The notes: generated by a model not told the origin, from the sequence alone. DNA of 64,000 bases from Nostoc sp. (GCF_036918015.1 NZ_JBALEO010000077.1:64126-128125); one strand, 5' to 3'. Numbered from the stretch's first letter, positions 29,348 to 39,297 are shown. Numbers and translations are program-made.

Positions 29348-30814
29348 ATGGGTGCAAATACTTTTAACGGACGCAACGGACACAAAACCCCAATTTTAGA
29401 AAAAGAAGTGGTTCCCGATTTAGAGACATTAGAAGTTGTTACCACAGAGACATCCGCAACAGCAGAAGCGCCTGTTGTAACTCCTGAGATCGAGAAAGAA
29501 GTTCCACCGAAACGCAAAAGACCGACTGGTTTAATTTTGGCAGGATTAGGCGTGGGTGCGATCGCCGCAGGTACTTTTGGTTATCACTACTGGCAATACG
29601 CCTCTACCCACCAAGAAACAGACAACGCCACCGTCGCGGGAAATATTCACCAAGTTAGTAGCCGCATTCCCGGAACTGTAAGTGAGGTGCTGGTGAATGA
29701 TAACCAACTGGTGCAACCAGGACAATTGTTGGTGAAGTTAGATCCACGAGACTATCAAAGTAAGGTACAACAAGCACAAGCCGCCCTCGAAAATGCTCGT
29801 GGTCAAGCGCAAGCTGCTCAAGCAAATATTGCTTTAAGTTCACAAACCACCACTGGTAAGACAACTCAAGCGCAAGGAGATGTCAGTGGTGCAGTAGCAG
29901 CAATTTCTACAGCCCAAGCAGCAGTCCAAGAAGCTCAAGCTGGGATTCCTGCGGCGCAAGCAGCAGTCCAAGAAGCTCAAGCTGGGATTCCCGCAGCCCA
30001 AGCGCAGGTAGCGCAAACAAACGCCAATTTGTCAAAAGCTCAAGCAGATTACAATCGTTACAACGAATTGTATAAAACAGGTGCGATTCCTCGCCAGCAA
30101 TTAGATACAGCCAAAGCTGCTTATGATGTGGCGACGGCACAGAAAAACGCCGCGATTCAGGGAGTAGAACAAGCTAAAGCCAAGTTCGCCTCCGCCAAAG
30201 TTGGTGTTGCCCAAGCCCAGTCTCAATTAGCACAGGCGCAAGAAAATGTCACCAACGCCCAAGCTAAATTGGCAGCATCTAAGGGAGGATTGCAACAAGC
30301 TACCGCAGGGGGACAAGATACTACAGTTAAGCGTAGTCAATATGAAGCGGCAAAAGCAGCGATCGCGCAATCAGAAGCATCGCTGAAAGATGCACAATTG
30401 CAACTATCTTATGCCAATGTTACTGCCCCCAGTGCTGGACGGGTAGGTAGGAAAAACGTGGAAGTTGGCAACCGAGTCGCAGCAGGAACACCATTAATGG
30501 CGATCGTGGATAACAGCTATTGGGTAGTTGCGAACTTCAAAGAAACTCAATTAGAAAAGATGCGGCCAGGAGAGCCAGTAGAAATCAAGCTGGATAGTTT
30601 CCCTCATCACACCTTTATCGGTCGTGTTGACAGTATTTCGCCAGCTTCCGGCGCTCAGTTTGCCTTATTGCCACCGGATAATGCCACAGGTAACTTTACT
30701 AAAGTTGTCCAACGCATTCCAGTAAAAGTAGTTTTCGATCAAAAGAGCATTCAAGGATACGAATCGCGGATTACTCCTGGGATGTCTGCGGAAGTTGCGG
30801 TGGAAGTCAAGTAA
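29348..30814 (+). CDS. HlyD/EmrA-family efflux periplasmic adaptor
   Basis: ETDNATV, lipoyl half-motifs, SGAQFALLPPDNATGNFTKVVQRIPVK, GMSAEV. Confidence 0.92.
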   Translation: MGANTFNGRNGHKTPILEKEVVPDLETLEVVTTETSATAEAPVVTPEIEKEVPPKRKRPTGLILAGLGVGAIAAGTFGYHYWQYASTHQETDNATVAGNIHQVSSRIPGTVSEVLVNDNQLVQPGQLLVKLDPRDYQSKVQQAQAALENARGQAQAAQANIALSSQTTTGKTTQAQGDVSGAVAAISTAQAAVQEAQAGIPAAQAAVQEAQAGIPAAQAQVAQTNANLSKAQADYNRYNELYKTGAIPRQQLDTAKAAYDVATAQKNAAIQGVEQAKAKFASAKVGVAQAQSQLAQAQENVTNAQAKLAASKGGLQQATAGGQDTTVKRSQYEAAKAAIAQSEASLKDAQLQLSYANVTAPSAGRVGRKNVEVGNRVAAGTPLMAIVDNSYWVVANFKETQLEKMRPGEPVEIKLDSFPHHTFIGRVDSISPASGAQFALLPPDNATGNFTKVVQRIPVKVVFDQKSIQGYESRITPGMSAEVAVEVK

Positions 30815-30950
30815 TATCATGTCCGCCAAATTACCCATAATAAAAGAACCCCACCCCCAGCCCCTCCCCGCCTGCGGGGAGGGGAGCTAAAAGCACAGCT
30901 TTGGCGGGATGGGGTTGCAGGTTTTATGGTTAATTGCTCCGACATCATTA
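30814..30950. mobile_element. MITE-like element, ATATCATGTCC-end family (copy 2)
   Basis: Ends atatcatgtccgccaaattacccataa / ttatggttaattgctccgacatcat; internal hairpin shared with 11462..11609. Confidence 0.7.
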
Positions 30951-31082
30951 ATACCAAATTGCCTGCAAAACAGATGAAAAACCTCTTTCTAACTGTGATA
31001 TGTTTCTACATCTACGGAGAGGCATACAAATATGAGGTGAGATGATATTTATGAAAGCAGATTGGTATAAAACAAGCCTGAG

Positions 31083-32342
31083 ATGAAAAAATCGCTACTA
31101 CCTGCATTAAGATCAAGAAACTACCAGCTGTTTTTTGCCGGACAAGGTATTTCCCTAATTGGGACGTGGATGACGCAACTTGCCACAATTTGGCTAGTTT
31201 ATGACTTGACAAAATCCCCATTAATGCTAGGAGTTGTGGGATTTTCGAGTCAAATTCCTAACTTTTTTTTAGCTCCCTTTGGCGGAGTATTTGTAGATCG
31301 CTTTTCTCGGTATCGTACCTTAATTGGTACGCAAATCTTGGCGATGATTCAATCGTTAACATTAGCAGCGCTAGCGTTAACTGGAGTGATTGAGGTATGG
31401 CACATCATCGGCTTGAGTTTGTTGCAAGGATTTATTAATGCCTTAGATACGCCAGCCCGCCAAGCTTTTGTGCCAGAATTGGTTGAACGCAGAGAAGATT
31501 TAGCCAATGCGATCGCTATTAACTCCACAATGGTTAACGGTGCTAGATTAATTGGCCCTGCGATCGGCGGTTTATTAATTGCTAGAGTTGGAACTGGCTA
31601 TTGTTTTTTAATTGATGGTTTGAGCTACATTGCTGTAATCGCCGCTTTATTGGCAATGAAAGTTAAACCTTGGAAAAATTCGGTAACTGACGGTAATCCC
31701 TTGCAAAAAGTCAAAGAGGGATTTGTATATGCCTTTAGCTTCTCACCGATTCGCTCCGTCTTATTGCTATCAGCTTTAGTCAGCCTGATGGGACTGCAAA
31801 ATACTATTCTCGTCCCCGTTATTGCTGAAGAAGTTCTCAAAGGTGGTGCAGAAAGTTTGGGTTTCTTGATGGCGGCATCTGGAGTTGGAGCCTTAACTGG
31901 TGGTATTTATCTAGCTACCCGCCAAACAATCTTGGGAATTGGGAAATTGATTGCCTTAGCTCCAGCAATTTTAGGAACTGGTTTAATTGCCTTTTCTTTA
32001 TCTAGATTTTTACCACTCTCTTTATTTACAATGTTATTTGTTGGCTTAGGAACAATTCTTCAGATTGCTGCTAGCAACACATTTTTACAAACCATTGTTG
32101 AAGACGATAAACGCGGGCGATTGATGAGCTTATACACAATGTCCTTTTTGGGAATGATTCCCGTGGGTAATTTATTAGGAGGTTTATTAGCAAGTCGTAT
32201 TGGCGCTCCCAATACTTTAATTATTGATGGAATCGCTTGTATTTTAGGGTCAATCATTTTTAGCAGACATTTACCTGCTTTAAGGAAAATAATGCGTCCA
32301 ATTTATGAGCAAAAGGGGATTATTACAACTCAAGAAGTTTAA
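31083..32342 (+). CDS. MFS transporter (macrolide efflux/DHA3-like)
   Basis: ALRSRNYQLFFAGQGISLIGTWM, D-PARQAFVPELV, RGRLMSLY; 12 TM. Confidence 0.9.
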   Translation: MKKSLLPALRSRNYQLFFAGQGISLIGTWMTQLATIWLVYDLTKSPLMLGVVGFSSQIPNFFLAPFGGVFVDRFSRYRTLIGTQILAMIQSLTLAALALTGVIEVWHIIGLSLLQGFINALDTPARQAFVPELVERREDLANAIAINSTMVNGARLIGPAIGGLLIARVGTGYCFLIDGLSYIAVIAALLAMKVKPWKNSVTDGNPLQKVKEGFVYAFSFSPIRSVLLLSALVSLMGLQNTILVPVIAEEVLKGGAESLGFLMAASGVGALTGGIYLATRQTILGIGKLIALAPAILGTGLIAFSLSRFLPLSLFTMLFVGLGTILQIAASNTFLQTIVEDDKRGRLMSLYTMSFLGMIPVGNLLGGLLASRIGAPNTLIIDGIACILGSIIFSRHLPALRKIMRPIYEQKGIITTQEV

Positions 32343-32508
32343 GAGAAATAACCGGAGTTAAATTTATATTTGTGTTTACGGGGCTTTCTATAGCAATTAT
32401 TTTTTAAATTTTAGCGTAATGCAAGCTCACGTATAGGCAAAGAACATATTGGTATAAGATTTAATAATCAAGTTTTTTGCTACTTAACCTTGAAACTGGA
32501 ACAAAGTT

Positions 32509-34104
32509 ATGGCTAATACAGGTGTAATTCGTCAGCAAGGGCAAAATCCTGCTTTACCACCAGACTATGTACCGCTAAAAACCTGGATTGGTGTATTAGC
32601 CAGTATGCTTGGTGCATTTATGGCGGTATTGGATATTCAAATAACTAATGCTTCACTGCAAGATATTCAAGCAAGTTTAGGAGCAACTCTCGAAGAAGGT
32701 TCTTGGATTTCTACCGCGTATCTTGTAGCAGAAATTGTGGTAATTCCTCTAACAGGATGGTTATCACGGGTATTTTCTCTGCGACGTTATCTGTTAGTCA
32801 ATACTGCACTCTTTATTTTCTTTTCTATCTGCTGTGGCTGGTCGTGGGATCTCAATTCCATGATTTTCTTTCGGGTCTTACAAGGTTTTAGCGGAGGAGT
32901 ATTAATTCCCACTGCTATGACAGTTGTCTTAACAACTTTACCCCAATCAAAACAATCAGTTGGACTGGCTGCATTTGGGTTTAGTGCAGTTTTTGCACCT
33001 TCAATTGGCCCGACATTAGGGGGTTGGTTAACCGAAAATTTTGGTTGGGAATACAACTTTTATATAAATGTAATTCCAGGGGCATTAATGCTGGCTGGTG
33101 TTTGGTACGGAATCAAGCAAGAAAAACCCCAAATCAGTTTACTTAAACAAGGTGACTGGTGGGGAATTATTGCAATGGCTATTGGCTTAGGTTCGCTACA
33201 AGTTGTTTTAGAAGAAGGTAGCCGCAAAGATTGGTTTGGTTCAGCGTTAATTGTGCGCTTAAGTGTAATAGCGGCAATTTTCTTGGCAATATTTTTCTTT
33301 ATAGAATTAACTCGTAAACAACCATTTATTAATTTACGGCTTTTGTCTAGGCGGAACTTTGGTTTAGCCAGTATTGTTAATGTGTCGTTGGGAGTAGGAT
33401 TGTATGGTTCAATTTACATTTTACCGTTGTATCTTGCCCAAATTCAAAAATACAATGCTCTGCAAATTGGTGAAGTATTAATTTGGGCTGGTATTCCTCA
33501 ACTGTTTATTATTCCCCTCATCCCGAAATTGATGCAACGCATTGATGTGCGGTTAATGGTAGCTTTTGGTGTGACTTTGTTTTCCATCAGTGCATTTATG
33601 AACTCTGGAATGACTAATGAAACGGGATTAGATCAATTACGCTGGTCGCAATTTGTGCGTGCAATGGGACAACCCCTAATTATGGTGCCGCTTAGTTCTA
33701 TTGCTACTGCTGGTTTGAGTCCGAAAGAAGCAGGTTCAGCAAGTGGTTTATTTAATATGATGCGGAATCTGGGCGGTTCTATCGGAATTGCTTCTTTAGC
33801 GACTTTATTAGCAAATAGAGAGCAATTTCACTCGAATAGATTGGGTGATGGAGTATCTTTATATAACTCAGAAACTCAGCAGCGAATTGACCAAATGACG
33901 CAGTATTTTGTCAGTAAAGGAGCAGATTTAAGTACAGCCCAAAATCAAGCGATCGCATCTATATCCAATATAGTCCGCAGAGAAGCATTTGTAATGGCTT
34001 TTAACGATTGTTTCTACTTTATTGGTATCGCATTATTACTCAGTGGAATTGCTATTTTATTCCTCAAAAAGGTGAAGCCAACTGGTGGCGCTGTCGCTCA
34101 TTAG
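32509..34104 (+). CDS. DHA2/EmrB-family efflux MFS permease
   Basis: FMAVLDIQITN, WISTAYL, APSIGPTLGGWL, SGLFNMMRNLGGSIG; 14 TM. Confidence 0.92.
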   Translation: MANTGVIRQQGQNPALPPDYVPLKTWIGVLASMLGAFMAVLDIQITNASLQDIQASLGATLEEGSWISTAYLVAEIVVIPLTGWLSRVFSLRRYLLVNTALFIFFSICCGWSWDLNSMIFFRVLQGFSGGVLIPTAMTVVLTTLPQSKQSVGLAAFGFSAVFAPSIGPTLGGWLTENFGWEYNFYINVIPGALMLAGVWYGIKQEKPQISLLKQGDWWGIIAMAIGLGSLQVVLEEGSRKDWFGSALIVRLSVIAAIFLAIFFFIELTRKQPFINLRLLSRRNFGLASIVNVSLGVGLYGSIYILPLYLAQIQKYNALQIGEVLIWAGIPQLFIIPLIPKLMQRIDVRLMVAFGVTLFSISAFMNSGMTNETGLDQLRWSQFVRAMGQPLIMVPLSSIATAGLSPKEAGSASGLFNMMRNLGGSIGIASLATLLANREQFHSNRLGDGVSLYNSETQQRIDQMTQYFVSKGADLSTAQNQAIASISNIVRREAFVMAFNDCFYFIGIALLLSGIAILFLKKVKPTGGAVAH

Positions 34105-34152
34105 ATTTATTGTATGAGTTAAAATGTTTGATAAAATTACTAAGGTACAAAA

Positions 34153-34734
34153 ATGGTCATTAGCCAAAGTGAGTACTATATCTCCCCGGAAGAATATCTA
34201 GAAGGCGAGAAAGTAAGTGAGATCAAACATGAGTACATTGATGGGCAAGTCTACGCAATGGCAGGGGCAAGTGATGCTCATGTCACTGTAGTAGGAAACT
34301 TGTTTGTACTGTTGCGAAACCATCTCCGGGGTAGTGGTTGCCGTGTCTATATGTTAGACATGAAAGCACAGATTGATATCATAAATCGCTATTTTTATCC
34401 CGATGTGATGGTGACTTGCGATACACGAGATAAAGAATTTGACTATTTTAAGTGCCATCCTTCCTTAATTATCGAAGTGCTTTCTGAGTCAACCGAAGGC
34501 TATGACAGAGGCAAGAAATTCGCTAGTTACCGACACTTAGAATCACTGCAAGAATATGTGTTAATTTCACCAGACCGAATGAGTGTAGAATGCTTTCGCC
34601 GGAATCAAGATGGACAATGGGTACTTTACCCTTATGAAAAAGGGGAAGAAGTGCATTTAGCTAGCGTTGATTTTCGTTGTGCGATCGCAGAAATATATGA
34701 AGATGTAATATTGATAGATGAGAATATTTCCTAA
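34153..34734 (+). CDS. Uma2-family (DUF820) endonuclease-fold protein
   Basis: KHEYIDGQVYAMAGAS, YPDVMV, IIEVLSESTEGYDRGKKF, LQEYVLI. Confidence 0.9.
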   Translation: MVISQSEYYISPEEYLEGEKVSEIKHEYIDGQVYAMAGASDAHVTVVGNLFVLLRNHLRGSGCRVYMLDMKAQIDIINRYFYPDVMVTCDTRDKEFDYFKCHPSLIIEVLSESTEGYDRGKKFASYRHLESLQEYVLISPDRMSVECFRRNQDGQWVLYPYEKGEEVHLASVDFRCAIAEIYEDVILIDENIS

Positions 34735-35501
34735 TCTAACATTTCTGGCTCAATTCCTAAAGCATTGAGTTGTTCAGCAGAGAGCGATCGCAATTTCTCT
34801 ACAATTCTCTCTCGTTTTTGCCGCTCAATCACAGCACGTTCTTCACCTGTTAGCAGTAAATTTCCTTGTGCATCCCACCACCGCAACCAAGGTAACTCTG
34901 CATTTTGATAAAATCCTTGCCAGATTCCTAACTCTACACCCATAGGAGCAATTGGGTAATGTCCCCGTTCATTAACTTTCATTAATTGATAATTATTATC
35001 GACTAGATGATACACCTCAATCTGAGCTTTTGCTACTTCATAAATCCCATAATAAGGCACTCGAATTGCCTGTTCATAAACCCAAAACTTCCCAACATTT
35101 CCACCTTGCCCTTGAGATGGCGGTGTTTTATCTCGTTCTTCGGAACCATCTCCAGAGACAAATTCAATCACAATCAAGGGCGCGATATACTCCTTCCACA
35201 GCACATAAGAACGCCGCGTTTTACCATCGAGAGTAGGCGGTACATTGGGTACATAAAACCAGTCTGGTGCCTCAGCCCCTTTCTCTGGAGGATCTGTCAA
35301 TCGCCAGTAGATACCTAAATCTTGCCCAATACAATATTGACTATCAGGATGAAGTTCCTCTAAGACAAGTTTAATAGAGTCAGTAAGTAAGATACTTTGG
35401 GGATGCTCTTGCCAGTTTTTCACAAATGTACCATCTGAGTCTGGTAACTGGGTGTGATCGGGTAAAGTTAATGCCGATAGCGAAGTCATAGGCACAACCA
35501 A
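34731..35501 (-). CDS. Uma2-family (DUF820) endonuclease-fold protein
   Basis: LPDHTQLPDSDG, APDWFYVP, PLIVIEFVS, WLRWWD. Confidence 0.88.
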   Translation of the reverse strand: MVVPMTSLSALTLPDHTQLPDSDGTFVKNWQEHPQSILLTDSIKLVLEELHPDSQYCIGQDLGIYWRLTDPPEKGAEAPDWFYVPNVPPTLDGKTRRSYVLWKEYIAPLIVIEFVSGDGSEERDKTPPSQGQGGNVGKFWVYEQAIRVPYYGIYEVAKAQIEVYHLVDNNYQLMKVNERGHYPIAPMGVELGIWQGFYQNAELPWLRWWDAQGNLLLTGEERAVIERQKRERIVEKLRSLSAEQLNALGIEPEMLD

Positions 35502-35688
35502 GATTATGTTTGTATTTCAGTTATTATACTAATAAATCTAACAAGCTTTGTTGGGCTATAAGACTTGAGACTTAGGAATTTTGCACTTGTTAAATTCACA
35601 ATAAAGTATGTTTTTTCAAATTAGAGATACTCACAAAAATACTGTATCTTAATTATTAAGTTTTTCTTTTTTTACTTTGCCTTTGGTA

Positions 35689-36585
35689 TCAGTCCACTGC
35701 TATTTGATAAGTTATCAAGCGTGTATCAAGGTCAACAACTACCGTTCCTCCCCGATATTTATCCACCTGTTGCCAAACATCATAGCCCATCAGAATTGCC
35801 TTCTCCCAATCACCCAGCGAACACTGAGAAACTTCTAAATGGGATGTCATATTTTTGATAGTCTTCAATAGTTGGTAATCTAATGTTGAAACGCCTTCTA
35901 AGAAACCGTGATCTTTGGCATAGCTAAATACAAGTGCTGATATACCTTCCTCAATTGCTACTGCACGCCCGCCGTCTTCAACCTCGTCAATACTAGAATT
36001 ACTTTTGCGCTTACATTTAAGAATACTACGAGTGACAACCGACCAACCTAAAACTGCGGCGTAGGAAAAATGGAAAACATCATGAAAGCGGTAGCCATCG
36101 CTTGTATAGGAATTATCGGTGAGGTCATTTCCAATTTGTTCTTTGTTGATAAATGCCTTCATCTTGATTGAGTTATCTTTGCTTATCTCCGTAATTTCTA
36201 CTTCAAACTGTCGTGGTAAACTTTCATTTTCGGGAAAGTCATTGTCGAATATGTAGGTTGTAGCTTTATCATCTATTGGTGCTGAATCTCTCCATCCCCA
36301 ACGGTCACGGCACTTTCTCATATTATCTTCCGCAATTTCTTCCAAATTAAGGTTAAACTTGCTTGCCAAGTTGGAAATATACCAAAGCATATCTCCCAAT
36401 TCTTCCGCGATGCCTTCTTTAAATAGTTTATGTGCATCACCATCGCGTAAATGTTTTTTATACTCAGTCATCAATGAGCCAACTTCACCTATCAAGCCGA
36501 GAAGAGGTATTATTAGTTCAGTACCTTCTACAGCAGGAATCTGGTTTGTATTAAGTGCTTGTGTTTGATACTCAGAAAATTTCAT
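35689..36585 (-). CDS. MazG-like NTP pyrophosphohydrolase fused to a MazG_C-type domain
   Basis: MKFSEYQ, LGLIGEVGSL, EELGDMLWY; C-terminal DGYRFHDVFH, RKS, DEVEDGGRAVAIEEG; GGAGA RBS. Confidence 0.85.
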   Translation of the reverse strand: MKFSEYQTQALNTNQIPAVEGTELIIPLLGLIGEVGSLMTEYKKHLRDGDAHKLFKEGIAEELGDMLWYISNLASKFNLNLEEIAEDNMRKCRDRWGWRDSAPIDDKATTYIFDNDFPENESLPRQFEVEITEISKDNSIKMKAFINKEQIGNDLTDNSYTSDGYRFHDVFHFSYAAVLGWSVVTRSILKCKRKSNSSIDEVEDGGRAVAIEEGISALVFSYAKDHGFLEGVSTLDYQLLKTIKNMTSHLEVSQCSLGDWEKAILMGYDVWQQVDKYRGGTVVVDLDTRLITYQIAVD

Positions 36586-36693
36586 AATGAAACTTCTCCA
36601 ATTTCAAGTTTGTTGATTAAAGCGATTTTTATAGGGATAAAATACAAATATTATGATACTTAAAAAGTATTGCTATTAAAGTTTTAAGTTCAG

Positions 36694-37236
36694 CTATATT
36701 TGTAGGGAAAAATTAGGAAAAATAATTAATTTTGTACTGTCTTCAACTTTAAGATATAGCGGATGGTTTGGGTATCCCTTCTTTGTTAGCTTGAGGCAGT
36801 GAAGAGTTTTTTTACCAGAAATTAGACTTAGCACTTCTTTGTCACGGTCACGGTTATTTCTGGGATACTTACTCGCTCCCCATGCCAAAATAATTAAGTC
36901 AGCGCGTTCTGTTGCTGATTTAATATAAGAGTTATTTTCTAAACCCACAGGATCATTTACTTGATGAAGTTCACGGGGTTTTGGAGTAATATAAGCAAAT
37001 AGATTGACCACTTCAAGAGAACCATAACCCCAAAATTCAGCAAATTTAATACATCTAGTGAGTGTCCTATCATCTTTGTCAGCATCGGCAGTACTTGGGT
37101 TAAGCATCACAAAAGTAACTTGCGGCAAATTCTCAACCCATTTACGCCCTAGTAAATATCGATACTTTTCAGTGCTATCAATCTTGGCATATCCTTTCAT
37201 TTCGATATGTTTTACTCTGAATTGCTGTTTATTCAT
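36694..37236 (-). CDS. DUF1643 domain protein
   Basis: YRYLLGRKW, FVMLNPSTAD, VVNLFAY, LAWG, GYPNHPLY. Confidence 0.88.
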   Translation of the reverse strand: MNKQQFRVKHIEMKGYAKIDSTEKYRYLLGRKWVENLPQVTFVMLNPSTADADKDDRTLTRCIKFAEFWGYGSLEVVNLFAYITPKPRELHQVNDPVGLENNSYIKSATERADLIILAWGASKYPRNNRDRDKEVLSLISGKKTLHCLKLTKKGYPNHPLYLKVEDSTKLIIFPNFSLQI

Positions 37237-37255
37237 GAATAAATAATAGAATGCA

Positions 37256-38443
37256 TCAAAATAGACATAACTGTTGAGATTGTTCTGTATTTACGTTTTG
37301 TAAGGCTTTTAATTTTTTATTCTGAGTCTCTTGCTTATATTTTTTATGCAGTTTTGATATATTATTCGGAATTTCAGATGTTGTTTTTACCAGAGAATCT
37401 AATTGCAAAGATAATTGCTGATAACTACTATTATTGATTTTTTGCAAATTAGGAATATCTAATTTTGGCAATCTCTGTGCTAAACTTTCTTGTACTTTAT
37501 CGTTAATACGCCATTTTGGTGGATAAAAATAATCAATTGGTTGATGCGTTGAAGTAAATTTTGATTTTATCTTTTTGCGATTACTTTTCAAATCAGGAAA
37601 TGCTGCTCGGCAGTATTTATCAGTTTCACAAAATAAATTTTGGCAATCTATAGCTTGTAGCGGACGACCCCAAAGTGATTGAAAATTTAACCCCAAACGC
37701 TGAAATTCTTTCTCTTGGTTTTCAGTCATCCAATGAATAACATCTGTGTATGTTTTACCATCTGTATCAATGAAACACTTGTCGATACCACGTTCGGCTC
37801 CTGGGCCTGCTATAGTAAAACTGTTTTCGTCAAAGTTGATAATTTCACTATAGTTAATATCTGTCGCTAATTGGTAAGCCATAAACTTACCTAGCAATGG
37901 ATATTCTTGAATAATCTTAAAAACGTCTTCAAAATTTTGGGTTTTGACTATGCGTTTAACTACTCTATCTTGGACAACCATTTTATCAATTAATGCCAAA
38001 TGATTCTGGTGTTTTTTATCATAACCAAACTCCTTGCTGGCACAGGACATATACGCACTTGTGTAAATGACATATCCAAGATTCATAGCCTCTTGTAATA
38101 TATCTGAGTATACATTTGAGTCGAAATTAGACAGTGTAATATAATCTCCTATTTTGTTTTCTAAGTATTTCCATGTTTCTATTTTATTAAAGATTTTAAA
38201 TAGTAGAATCCGTAAAATTACTTCTTCTTCATTTTGGCTCCTCTTCTCATCGTAAATTACGTTTTTGATCAGATATTGTGAAACGCGATCGCTTGCTCGA
38301 TATGCATTACAAAATTTATAAGTATTAATAATCGGATCACTCGTCCACGGTGGTGGTAAGTTGTTAATTTTGTTGAAGAATACTTCCTGGCGCGTAGCAG
38401 CAAATCGCCAATAAGTATCAAAAATTTCTTGTCTTACTTGCAT
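37256..38443 (-). CDS. 5-hydroxymethyluracil DNA kinase-like protein (aGPT-Pplase1 family); ORF open to 38554 but ATG 38443 has an AGGAG RBS
   Basis: YWRFAATRQEVF, PWTSDPII..YKFCNAYRASDRVSQYLI, LLFKIFNKIETW, FMAYQLATDINYS, GPGAERG, IDCQNLFCETDKY. Confidence 0.8.
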   Translation of the reverse strand: MQVRQEIFDTYWRFAATRQEVFFNKINNLPPPWTSDPIINTYKFCNAYRASDRVSQYLIKNVIYDEKRSQNEEEVILRILLFKIFNKIETWKYLENKIGDYITLSNFDSNVYSDILQEAMNLGYVIYTSAYMSCASKEFGYDKKHQNHLALIDKMVVQDRVVKRIVKTQNFEDVFKIIQEYPLLGKFMAYQLATDINYSEIINFDENSFTIAGPGAERGIDKCFIDTDGKTYTDVIHWMTENQEKEFQRLGLNFQSLWGRPLQAIDCQNLFCETDKYCRAAFPDLKSNRKKIKSKFTSTHQPIDYFYPPKWRINDKVQESLAQRLPKLDIPNLQKINNSSYQQLSLQLDSLVKTTSEIPNNISKLHKKYKQETQNKKLKALQNVNTEQSQQLCLF

Positions 38444-38616
38444 ACACTTTTCTCCTGGTTTGTCGTCATCATTTTCAAACCTATTTTTTATCCATGAGGC
38501 AAGATTATGCGACAACTGCCGCATAATCTTCGTATCCGATACCATTTCTAGCAAAGCATCCTTAAAGCCGATCGCAGCAACTCTTCTTAACTTTTATCCA
38601 CTGAATAATATGATGT

Positions 38617-39297
38617 TTATGAAACACCAGGCTCATCAGCAGTTTTGATCTCTTTTAAAATTCGTTCTACTTGGTTAACTTTTTCACCTCTATTCTGTTC
38701 TTTGAAAATATTTAAAGCTTTTTCTAAAGAAGATAGCGCCTCATCTTTTTTATTTGTTTGCCACATTGCCAGTGCAAAATTAGTCAACGCCTCGCCATAA
38801 TTAGGATTAATTTCCAAAGCTTTTTTATATTCAGTAATGGCTTCTTGCCAGCGACTTTGGCTAGCGTAAGCCATACCGATCGCATTGTAAGCTAGAGCAT
38901 ATTTTGGCTGGAGGCGAATGGCTTCTCGATAGGAACTAATTGCATCTTCTGGTTTCTTTTGCTGAAAAAGCGCATTTCCCAGTTGAAAATGTCCAAATGC
39001 ATCTTCTGGGAATTTTTTAATGAATTTACGTAAATTTTCCTCTGCGCCTTTAAAGTCTCCCTGATTATATAAAGCATTGACTTGTTGCAGTATCTGCGAT
39101 CGCTCTGGTGTCCCTGTACCTGAAGCTTGTGCTATTCTTTGTGGTTGTCTCTGTGCAGACTGTTGTGGCGAATGCAAAGAAACTTGTCCAGGAACCGCTA
39201 ACACTAATGGTGATATTCCCATTACACTGATAATACTCAGCATCATGCAGCCAATAGGTTGAACAAATGCTGATTTGGATTTGCACTTCACCTTCAT
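38617..39297 (-). CDS. TPR-repeat protein with probable signal peptide
   Basis: Tandem TPR helices (AFGHFQLGNAL, ALAYNAIGMAY, EALTNFALAM); hydrophobic N-terminal stretch. Confidence 0.85.
   Translation of the reverse strand: MKVKCKSKSAFVQPIGCMMLSIISVMGISPLVLAVPGQVSLHSPQQSAQRQPQRIAQASGTGTPERSQILQQVNALYNQGDFKGAEENLRKFIKKFPEDAFGHFQLGNALFQQKKPEDAISSYREAIRLQPKYALAYNAIGMAYASQSRWQEAITEYKKALEINPNYGEALTNFALAMWQTNKKDEALSSLEKALNIFKEQNRGEKVNQVERILKEIKTADEPGVS

Noticed and set aside
38617-39297. TPR gene as a fourth member of the 5hmU-kinase operon
   Set aside because: Signal-peptide TPR proteins are common in Nostoc, and the gene is about 170 nt from the likely kinase start; no evidence of linkage
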